From Pseudomonadota bacterium (GTDB lineage Bacteria; Desulfobacterota; GWC2-55-46; JADFVP01), in NCBI GenBank assembly GCA_015222595.1, contig JADFVP010000068.1, positions 1 to 34,607 on the forward strand: 34,607 bases of DNA. Direction: 5' to 3'. Both the position numbers and the translations under genes were made by a program. The notes under the pieces are model-generated. The model saw nothing but the letters and a program-made list of their open reading frames with translations, had not been told where the DNA came from and ran no database searches. Position 1 is the first letter of the stretch. The number at the start of each line of letters is the position of its first letter. Shown piece after piece: positions 26,606 to 33,710 of this stretch.

Positions 26606-26712
26606 CCCGGTTACTAACTGGCCTAATTACTTAAACTGGCCCCGGTTGTTAGTTGCCCCGATTACTTAAACTTACTTGGTCGTTAAATTAGCCCCGGTTT
26701 AAATAGGCCCAA
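26606..26712. repeat. About 3 degenerate tandem copies of a ~35-bp unit spanning the rnpA stop codon and the rnpA-yidD spacer
   Basis: Unit A is 26606-26639 (cccggttactaactggcctaattacttaaactgg). Unit B starts at 26640 (ccccggttgttagttgccccgattacttaaac...). A partial third copy (ccccggtttaaataggccc) lies in the last codons of rnpA. Confidence 0.7.
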
Positions 26713-27093
26713 GAGTTCTTTTTCTACTTCGAAGAGCCGTTTCGGGCCCTTGTCCGTACCTGCGGACCTTCTGGCAGAGATAACGATATCTGCTGTTCTT
26801 TGCTCTTCCTGCGTGTCGCTATCTTTGCCTGACGGTACTATAGAGGCAGAAGATAACTTGTCTCTATTCAGTCTAAAAAACTCTCTGAGGAGCCTCTTTA
26901 ACCTTACCCTGCCCGGTCCGTTTGCTACGCGCGCGCTGACAGCCAGACCGAGTCTGTGTCTGCAGAGCGAATTTTCAAGCACGTAGACGGTATAATTTAC
27001 AGTTGTAAATCTTTTACCGTTTTTGATCGTCCGGGAAAACTCTTTTGGATTAAGAAGCCTGTCGGTTTTAGAAAAGGAGTGCTTTTTTACCAT
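26683..27093 (-). CDS. rnpA: ribonuclease P protein component
   Basis: MVKKHSFSKTDRLLNPKEFSRT... is a typical RnpA N-terminus, and the gene follows rpmH. The ATG at 27093 has AAGGAGA 5 nt upstream. The track start at 27126 adds 11 residues. Confidence 0.88.
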   Translation of the reverse strand: MVKKHSFSKTDRLLNPKEFSRTIKNGKRFTTVNYTVYVLENSLCRHRLGLAVSARVANGPGRVRLKRLLREFFRLNRDKLSSASIVPSGKDSDTQEEQRTADIVISARRSAGTDKGPKRLFEVEKELLGLFKPGLI

Positions 27094-27162
27094 CGAGTCT
27101 CCTTGACCTGCTCTTCGTTCGATCATAGATCGACATATTCGGAAACAAGAGGAGACTCTTGG

Positions 27163-27315
27163 TTACTTATTGGTGCTAATCTCTACGGAGAGGCGCTTTC
27201 TTCCCTTGGCCCGTCTTCTGCTTATAACGGCCCGTCCTCCCTTGGTAGACATCCTTTCAAGAAAACCGTGGGTTCTTAATCTCTTTATTTTGCTTGGCTG
27301 AAATGTTCTTTTCAT
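27163..27315 (-). CDS. rpmH: 50S ribosomal protein L34
   Basis: My own translation, below the ORF-track length cutoff: [50 protein letters not shown] (50 aa). This is the canonical L34 sequence. Confidence 0.95.
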   Translation of the reverse strand: MKRTFQPSKIKRLRTHGFLERMSTKGGRAVISRRRAKGRKRLSVEISTNK

Positions 27316-27362
27316 GTTTTTACGTCCTTTAAAACCTTATTTTTCTTACGAATTAAATAAGT

Positions 27363-27392
27363 ATTTAGCCATATTTGTTGGTAGTTTGTCAA
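27363..27392 (-). promoter_or_regulatory. Candidate rpmH promoter (TTGACA, ~18-nt spacer, extended -10 TGgCTAAAT)
   Basis: Minus strand reads cTTGACAaactaccaacaaataTGgCTAAATac. It lies about 45 nt upstream of the rpmH ATG. The -10 is weak. Confidence 0.35.
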
Positions 27393-27492
27393 GATAAAAA
27401 GCAGACTGAACGTTTATATCCCATTTCGTTCAACCTGCCTTTTATCTATTTTTTCTATTTCAACCTTTAAAGGGTCTTTATTTACTGCGGTA

Positions 27493-28602
27493 CTATAGCC
27501 TCATCGGCATTACTATGTATGTATAATTACTTGTCGGTTCGCTCTTTACGAGGCCCGGACTCAGCGGATTTTTCAGTACAATCTTTATCTTCTCTTCATT
27601 AATCGCCTCTAGCATATCTATCATGTACCTGGCGTTAAAGGCTATCTCTATCTCTTCGCCACTATACTCTATCTCTAACTCTTCTGTTGCGTCTCCTATA
27701 TCCGGGCTTGTTGCTATTAAAGTCAGCCCGCTTGGAGCGAACTTAAAGTTAACTCCCTTTATCTTATCTGAAGAGAGTATCGATACCCTTTTTAAAGAAG
27801 CTAACAGCAGGTCCTTTTCTACGAGTATTTCTTTATCATTTCCTTCCGGTATAACTTTTTTATAATCAGGAAACTCTCCTTCTAAAAGCCTGATATTTAT
27901 TACGGTACTGTCTCTTTTAACAGATGCGCTCTTATTCGTTATGCCGATAAAGAAGCCGTTTTCGCACTCCTCTTCCAAGAGCTTACGCACCTCCATCATA
28001 CCTTTTCTCGGCAGCAGTACAGAGTTTTTCTCCTGGGTTCCTATACCGAGATCGCTCTGTTCTTCAACAAACGCAAGTCTGTGGCCGTCTGTAGTTACCA
28101 TACGAGTGCTGTTATCCTCTTTTTCAAAGAGAAAACCGTTTATATTGTACCGGGTTTCATCTAAAGAGACTGCAAAAGAGGTCTTGTCTATCATTTCTTT
28201 CAATTTCTCATTATCTATCTTTTCAAGTTTGCTCTCTTCTACAACAGGAAATACCGGAAAATCTTTTGTGGGAAGTCCCAATATATTAAATTTCGACTTT
28301 CCGCTCTTTACCGTTACCTTGCAGTTCTGATCCGCCTTAAATGAAATTCCTGTTTCCGGCAGCTCTTTTACTATTTCAAAAAGCTTTCTGGCATTTACCG
28401 TTACCGTACCGTTCTGCTTTACATCCGCCTCTAAAGAGTCTTTTATAAAGACCTCGAGGTCGGTTGCAAGAAACTCGACCGTTCCTTCTTTTGCTGATAA
28501 AGAGACATTAGAGAGTATCGGCATTGTATTTCTCTTTTCAACAATACCCTGGACTCTTTGAAGGATTTTTAAAAAAGCAGGCTTTTCTATTAGAAACTCC
28601 AT
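27493..28602 (-). CDS. dnaN: DNA polymerase III beta sliding clamp
   Basis: 369 aa. Start MEFLIEKPAFLKILQRVQGIVEKRNTMPILSNV, TDGHRLA, and the C-terminal YIVMPMRL. GGGAGA lies upstream. Confidence 0.95.
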   Translation of the reverse strand: MEFLIEKPAFLKILQRVQGIVEKRNTMPILSNVSLSAKEGTVEFLATDLEVFIKDSLEADVKQNGTVTVNARKLFEIVKELPETGISFKADQNCKVTVKSGKSKFNILGLPTKDFPVFPVVEESKLEKIDNEKLKEMIDKTSFAVSLDETRYNINGFLFEKEDNSTRMVTTDGHRLAFVEEQSDLGIGTQEKNSVLLPRKGMMEVRKLLEEECENGFFIGITNKSASVKRDSTVINIRLLEGEFPDYKKVIPEGNDKEILVEKDLLLASLKRVSILSSDKIKGVNFKFAPSGLTLIATSPDIGDATEELEIEYSGEEIEIAFNARYMIDMLEAINEEKIKIVLKNPLSPGLVKSEPTSNYTYIVMPMRL

Positions 28603-28670
28603 TTATATCTCCCTTTGAATATTAATCTCTTTACCCTTTTTAAAAGTTATTCAGAAAAGGGTGTATCTCT

Positions 28671-28699
28671 ATTATTACTTTATTATTATTTTAAAAAAG
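28671..28699. other. Near-pure A/T tract (candidate DNA-unwinding element) in the dnaA-dnaN spacer
   Basis: attattactttattattattttaaaaaag has a single C in 29 nt. DnaA-box-like 9-mers lie nearby. Confidence 0.35.
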
Positions 28700-28718
28700 A
28701 AGTAGTAGTCGTAGTTCC

Positions 28719-28727
28719 TGTGTATAA
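28719..28727. promoter_or_regulatory. DnaA box (TGTGTATAA = TTATACACA, fits TTATNCACA) in the dnaA-dnaN spacer
   Basis: Read directly. A 1-mismatch box, TTATTCAGA, is at 28647-28655. Confidence 0.5.
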
Positions 28728-28962
28728 GTTGAAAAAAGTATAACAGGCTATTATTTAAAAGAAAAGAGAGAAGAGTTCCTGTTGATACTTTCGGGTACTT
28801 ATTAACAAAAAAAGTGTGGGGTCTATTTATCCGGTATAACCGCACCAGTTACCAACAGAACAGAGACAGTATTAACAGGTAACCAACACCCAAAACAGTT
28901 ATACGAACTAACCAAAAAAGTATCCCAAACATCCAAACAAGAGCAACGGTCGAACCAACAGA

Positions 28963-30339
28963 TTAATTAACGCCTAGGTCTTTTTTTATCTGCTGAATGG
29001 AACGGAAGAGTTCGCCGTTCTCTTTGGCAGAGGTATCTATCTTCTTAAAGGCATGTATGGCCGTAGAGTGATCTTTACCGCCGAACGCAGAGCCTATCTC
29101 AGGATAAGAGAAGCTTCCCGACTCTCTAGCTATATACATAGCAACCTGTCTCGGAAAGGCGATAGACTTATGGCGCCTTTTGGACTTCAGGTCCGAAGTC
29201 TTTACATTATAGTAAGTAGAGACCGCGCGCTGAATTTCAACAATCGTTATTATACGGTCTTCTTTCTTTTTTAAAAGGTTTTTTAAGGCTTTCTTGCTCA
29301 TCTCAAGAGAGATCTCTTGATTCGTAAGGCTAGAGACGGCAATAACCCTGTTTAAAAACCCTTCAAGCTCCCTGACATTAGAATTACTTATAGAGGCCAG
29401 CCAGGCTGCGACATCATTTGGCATCTCTATGCCCTCTGCCAGGGCTTTTCTCTTTAAGATAGCGATTCTGGTCTCGGTATCCGGGGGCTGAATGTCGGCA
29501 ACAAGGCCCCACTCGAACCGGCTCCTCAGTCGTTCTTCGATTCCTGCGATATCTTTCGGAAATTTATCACTCGTTACGATGATCTGTTTGTGATTTTCGT
29601 GCAGCACGTTGAAGGTATGGAAGAACTCTTCTTGCGTGCGCTCTTTACCAGCCCAGAACTGGATGTCATCTATAAGAAGAAGGTCTACATTTCTGAACTT
29701 GCCTCTGAAGTCGGACATTTTCTGGCGACTTACGTAGTTGATAAAGTCGTTCATAAAACGTTCTGAGGAGTAGTAGCAGATTTTTATAGACGGGTTGAGC
29801 TTCAAGGCTCCGTGCCCTATGGCTTGGAGCAGATGGGTCTTGCCTAGCCCGACCCCTCCGTAGATAAAGAGCGGGTTGTACTTGCTGGCAAGGTTTTTGG
29901 CCACCGCGCTGCACGCGGCATGGGCAAATTCGTTGGCCGGGCCGATAACAAAGTTATCGAAGGTGTATTTGGAGTTGAGGCCGATCTCTTTTGCCAGCGC
30001 CTCTACGTCTTTGCTCTTGTCGGGTTTTGTCTTGGCCGACAGCCTCTTTGTGCCGCTCTTTGTACTTTTCTTTGTTGGCGGCTCGGCTGCGGTCGTTTTG
30101 GCGATGGTCCAGGTGAGGGTCATCTCTTTAGAAGAGATACGGCGCAGGACCTCCAGGATTAGAAGCTGGTAATGCTCTTTTATCCATTCGAGAAAGAAAC
30201 GGTTGGGCACCTCGAGTTCGATGACGTCGTCAGAGCCGCCCAAGACCTTTATCGGGCGAAACCAGGTCGCAAAGTGCTGCGGGCTAACATGCTCGGCCAG
30301 GCCTTCGAGACAGCTCTTCCATAGATTTTCAAAAACCAT
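28963..30339 (-). CDS. dnaA: chromosomal replication initiator protein DnaA
   Basis: Motifs LFIYGGVGLGKTHLL (Walker A), LLIDDIQF, the sensor region, and the C-terminal DNA-binding helix (FGGKDHSTAIHAFKKI). I prefer the ATG at 30339 (MVFENLWKSCLEGL...). The track start at 30381 adds 14 residues. Confidence 0.95.
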   Translation of the reverse strand: MVFENLWKSCLEGLAEHVSPQHFATWFRPIKVLGGSDDVIELEVPNRFFLEWIKEHYQLLILEVLRRISSKEMTLTWTIAKTTAAEPPTKKSTKSGTKRLSAKTKPDKSKDVEALAKEIGLNSKYTFDNFVIGPANEFAHAACSAVAKNLASKYNPLFIYGGVGLGKTHLLQAIGHGALKLNPSIKICYYSSERFMNDFINYVSRQKMSDFRGKFRNVDLLLIDDIQFWAGKERTQEEFFHTFNVLHENHKQIIVTSDKFPKDIAGIEERLRSRFEWGLVADIQPPDTETRIAILKRKALAEGIEMPNDVAAWLASISNSNVRELEGFLNRVIAVSSLTNQEISLEMSKKALKNLLKKKEDRIITIVEIQRAVSTYYNVKTSDLKSKRRHKSIAFPRQVAMYIARESGSFSYPEIGSAFGGKDHSTAIHAFKKIDTSAKENGELFRSIQQIKKDLGVN

Positions 30340-30374
30340 AACGCCACCGGGGGTGTTTGACGGAAAAAACAGGG

Positions 30375-30395
30375 TTATCAACAGAGTTATTCACA
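30375..30395. promoter_or_regulatory. Two adjacent DnaA boxes (TTATCAACA and TTATTCACA) 36-56 nt upstream of the dnaA start
   Basis: Read directly. TTATTCACA fits TTATNCACA. TTATCAACA has 1 mismatch to TTATCCACA. Confidence 0.55.
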
Positions 30396-30803
30396 GGTGT
30401 TTATAACTCATCTACAGCGGTAGGGAGTAACTGTATCAGACCCGTTCTCCTTTTACAAGGGCTTTATCTGCCAGGAATGAAACTTTGTAAAACAGGTGTA
30501 TAAAAAAAGTAAAGGGCAGGCAGTGCGGTTTTGATTTCGACCCCCGGAGGCACAAATGCACACAGGATAACAAAAACTAGAACATGTTGATTTTTATGGA
30601 AAAAAAGGTTGAAGTAACAGTTGCTATCATCCAAAGGATGATTCTTTTTCTGTTTCGGGAATAAGCTCACGCCTACCAGAGAATAAGGTCTATTTCGTGG
30701 TTCGCCCGGTAAAAGAACGGATAATCGGTAATAGTTGAGAAAGGAGGCGCAAATGTGCGGGCTCTGTAGAGTCTAAAGGCGTAAGAGCCCGATTTATCAG
30801 AGG

Positions 30804-30812
30804 TGTGGATAA
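30804..30812. promoter_or_regulatory. Perfect consensus DnaA box (TGTGGATAA / TTATCCACA)
   Basis: Read directly. A further 1-mismatch box, GGTGTATAA, is at 30495-30503. Confidence 0.6.
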
Positions 30813-30955
30813 ACCGGCCGGTTACCGAAAAACAGCAGGAGTTACGGTTGTTATATAAACTGCTCTATAAAGACGAAGAAAAGCCGGGGTAAAAAAGGAA
30901 AGCAGGGTCAAGATAAAAGGAGTTGAAGCAGGTAAAAAGAGGGCGATACTGTGGG

Positions 30956-33580
30956 TCAGGGCCCCAACAGGTACTGGCTGACATATGAGCCGGCAAGAAG
31001 GCCGAGCAGAATCATAAGTATCGCAATAAGCACCAATCGAGAGAGCCCGCCTTTGCGTTTTTTGCCCTTTGGCTCGGTCTCTACCTCTACGGCTTCGCTT
31101 GCGGTTTCAGGGGCGGCTTTGGTGCTTTTCGCTTTTTTCTCTTTGACGCTGTCGGCTTTACCCTTCGATTTTTCCGCAGGCGCTATTACCTCTTCGAGGA
31201 GGTCGAGGTTCGGGGCCTCCTTGCTCTGCTCATCGAGCTCAACGATAAGCTCTTGGTTCGTCTCAGGCTCTTCGCCGAGCGCCTCTATCTCGGTTTCGTC
31301 CAGAGGCTCTCCGATCTCTTCATCGATTATGGCCTCTAGCAGAAAATCTTCCTCTTCTTCCGGCTCGGCCGCGTCAGTCAGTTCAAGCGGTTCGGGGGTC
31401 TCTTCTGTACCCACAACGCCCAGAGGCTCTAACGGCTCTAGCTCTATAAGCTCCAGTTCGCCTGCGTCATCCGGTACAACGGAAGCTGCTGTTGGCGCTT
31501 GTTCCGGAGCTGGTGCAGGCTCCGGCGCAATGGATTCTAGCGTAAGGGTGTCGGGCTCTGTGATTTCCGTAGCCACTGTACCCCGTGTACCAAAGAAGGC
31601 AGCGCTGGCAACTGTCTCATCTATTGCCGTTACCCCGGAGGTTGCCGCCGCGTTCAAAAGAAGCGCAGAGCAGCGTACCGCAGCGCTCGGGGTACCGCCG
31701 CACTCTTTAAAGAGCAACGAAAGCGCAGTGTCATCGAGAGTTGGGCGCGTCTTTGTGGCCGGGGTCGCACTTATTCTTTTACGGAAGAACCCTCCGGTCT
31801 CTGCCAGTGTCAGAGGCGCAATATCGAGACGTACGAGGCTCTTTCTGTTCAGCTCTGCAAAGTCAGGCTCTTTTAGTCTCAGAGAGAGGCCAGGCTCTGA
31901 AATGAGTATAAGTTGCAGGCTCTTTAGTCGCGCAAGGTACTGTACAAGTTTCAGGCAACCGGTCGTCAGCTCGTGGGCCTTGTCGAGCAGTATTATGGTA
32001 GACCCGCCCTGGCTGTTGTTCTGCGAGATCTTCATTCCGAGGCTAAGGAGCTGCTCTTTTATCGAGCGCGACTCTGTTGTAGCGTGCAGCTCTGCGTTTA
32101 TGGTCTTTATAAGTTGCAGTTCGCGCTTGGCGGGCGAGAGTATCGCAGCCGCAAGCGTCTTCTTGTTACTTAGGCTTCTGAGCAGTTCTATTATGAGCGT
32201 GGTCTTGCCCGCGCCCTCTTTAGCCTCTACGATTATCGGGCCTTCTCTCTTCTGTATTGCAGAGAGTATGGTCTCAAGCGTCTCGGTAGCCCCGGCAGAG
32301 GGAACTTTGTACCGGTCGTGCGGCTCTGTTGAAAAGGGGTCGAAGGCAAAGCCGAAGGCGTCTACATACTCCGGGTGCGGCATGTCGCCGGTCTCTATTC
32401 CGATCGAGCGGCGGATTTCGATCCGTTTAAGCTCGGCCACCGCTTCGAGCATCCACGGGTTCTTGTCGCACGAGGTCATGTATGCGCTTTCGGCAGCCTT
32501 GTACTCGCCGTTGTCGAAGAAGATCCGGGCAAGAAAGTACCATGCGCCGTCGAGTTCGTTATTTAGATCGATCGCGTCCTTTATCGTGCTCTCCGCCTCT
32601 TTTATCTTCGACGGGTCGGAGTTGTAGAGCGCCCATCCGAGCCAGGCCCAGTACTCGCCCTCCATGGGGTTGATCTCTATGATCTGCTTGAGCGTATCGA
32701 CGGCCACGTCGAAGTTAGACTCCGCGAAGGCCGACTTGGCGCGCATAAAGAGCAGTTCCGCATTTAGTCTCGATCCCGTTGCCGGGGCCGCGCTCTCCTT
32801 GCGCTCCTCCTCTTCAACAAGATTTAGCGTCTCTTCTTTCACAGCAACACCGCCCTCAACCGCCAAAGGAGCGAGAGAGCCGGTCATTATAAGGGATAGC
32901 GTTAGTGAGAGCGCGCGCTGCTTGAGCAGAAAGGAGCCGTCGAGCACGTCTTGCACCGAAGCAGAACCGTCGAACTTTTCAAAGAAACGGGCCTCTTGAA
33001 TATTGAGCCCGAAGTCTTCTGCCTTGTACCGCGTGGAGTCGAAAGCGGGAACCATAACAGTGTCGAGATAACCGCTAAGTTCTTCCCTTATCCGTTCGAG
33101 CGGATAGAAGCCGAGGCTTATGCCGTCGAGAATAAGTTTTGCGGGATGGAGCGGCATGGGGGTTGCGCCTGCCGGCAGCGCGTCAACTACCTCGTAGTTG
33201 TATGTGCCTTCGTTCCAGCCGAAAATTTTCCATGCGCGGCGCTTGAGCTGAAGATGGAGAAAGTTGTCCAGCTCGGCGGCAGTAATAAGGCCCATGGAGG
33301 TCAGTACCTCGCCGTGGCGCCGGTTCTCTTTTAAGACCGCCTCAAGGGACTTTTCATAATCTTTTTGAGTAATGATGCCTTCTAGCATCAGGAGCCGGCC
33401 AAGAACCTCGCCGAGAATGTTGGAGGTAGCGAAGACGGGTACGCCGTCGACGAAAAAGAAACGTTTCTTGATCGGTTCGCGCAGTATGTCGAGTATGCCG
33501 AAGGAGTTGTTCTGTTTGTAGATAAGGTGGAGCAGCTTGGGCAGTCCGATATCGACCAGGTTACCATGACTTTTTTTCAA
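30956..33580 (-). CDS. Multidomain protein: PATAN/DUF4388-like N-terminal domain, TPR repeats, GspA/ExeA-like P-loop ATPase, acidic low-complexity linker, Lys-rich patch, C-terminal transmembrane anchor
   Basis: 874 aa. TTG start with GGAAGGA upstream. Residues 8-50 (GNLVDIGLPKLLHLIY...GILDIL...KRFFFVDGVPVFATSN) are DUF4388-like. Residues ~275-385 have TPR-like W/Y/A periodicity. Walker A is EGAGKTT (455-461) and Walker B-like is ILLDKAH (530-536). Residues 675-800 are Glu/Pro/Leu-rich. The TM helix is LSRLVLIAILMILLGLLAGSYV (846-867), 7 residues from the end. Confidence 0.75.
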   Translation of the reverse strand: MKKSHGNLVDIGLPKLLHLIYKQNNSFGILDILREPIKKRFFFVDGVPVFATSNILGEVLGRLLMLEGIITQKDYEKSLEAVLKENRRHGEVLTSMGLITAAELDNFLHLQLKRRAWKIFGWNEGTYNYEVVDALPAGATPMPLHPAKLILDGISLGFYPLERIREELSGYLDTVMVPAFDSTRYKAEDFGLNIQEARFFEKFDGSASVQDVLDGSFLLKQRALSLTLSLIMTGSLAPLAVEGGVAVKEETLNLVEEEERKESAAPATGSRLNAELLFMRAKSAFAESNFDVAVDTLKQIIEINPMEGEYWAWLGWALYNSDPSKIKEAESTIKDAIDLNNELDGAWYFLARIFFDNGEYKAAESAYMTSCDKNPWMLEAVAELKRIEIRRSIGIETGDMPHPEYVDAFGFAFDPFSTEPHDRYKVPSAGATETLETILSAIQKREGPIIVEAKEGAGKTTLIIELLRSLSNKKTLAAAILSPAKRELQLIKTINAELHATTESRSIKEQLLSLGMKISQNNSQGGSTIILLDKAHELTTGCLKLVQYLARLKSLQLILISEPGLSLRLKEPDFAELNRKSLVRLDIAPLTLAETGGFFRKRISATPATKTRPTLDDTALSLLFKECGGTPSAAVRCSALLLNAAATSGVTAIDETVASAAFFGTRGTVATEITEPDTLTLESIAPEPAPAPEQAPTAASVVPDDAGELELIELEPLEPLGVVGTEETPEPLELTDAAEPEEEEDFLLEAIIDEEIGEPLDETEIEALGEEPETNQELIVELDEQSKEAPNLDLLEEVIAPAEKSKGKADSVKEKKAKSTKAAPETASEAVEVETEPKGKKRKGGLSRLVLIAILMILLGLLAGSYVSQYLLGP

Positions 33581-33710
33581 AATCGGTTCCTTCCTGATCC
33601 GTTATGCCTGAGCAGTTAAAAGGAGAAGATCTCTAAGTAGGCGATCTGCCAAGTACGAAAATTGGGACAACGGGCGACCATACTACTACTTCGGCTAAAA
33701 GCATACAAAG

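Noticed and set aside
30753-30776. Mini-ORF MCGLCRV on the plus strand with a strong AAGGAGG 5 nt upstream, overlapping a 7-bp inverted repeat (GGGCTCT...AGAGCCC) next to the perfect DnaA box
   Set aside because: Only 7 codons, with nothing downstream on that strand to regulate. A chance AGGAGG hexamer is expected many times in 34.6 kb. It was kept only as part of the origin-region description.
30951-32627. 558-aa plus-strand ORF, extremely Ser-rich
   Set aside because: It lies entirely antisense to the 874-aa minus-strand gene. Its Ser/Ala/Phe-rich low-complexity translation is what GAA/GAG/GCT-rich coding sequence gives on the opposite strand. It has no recognisable domain, and its GTG start lies inside the other gene's stop region. 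It is a shadow ORF.
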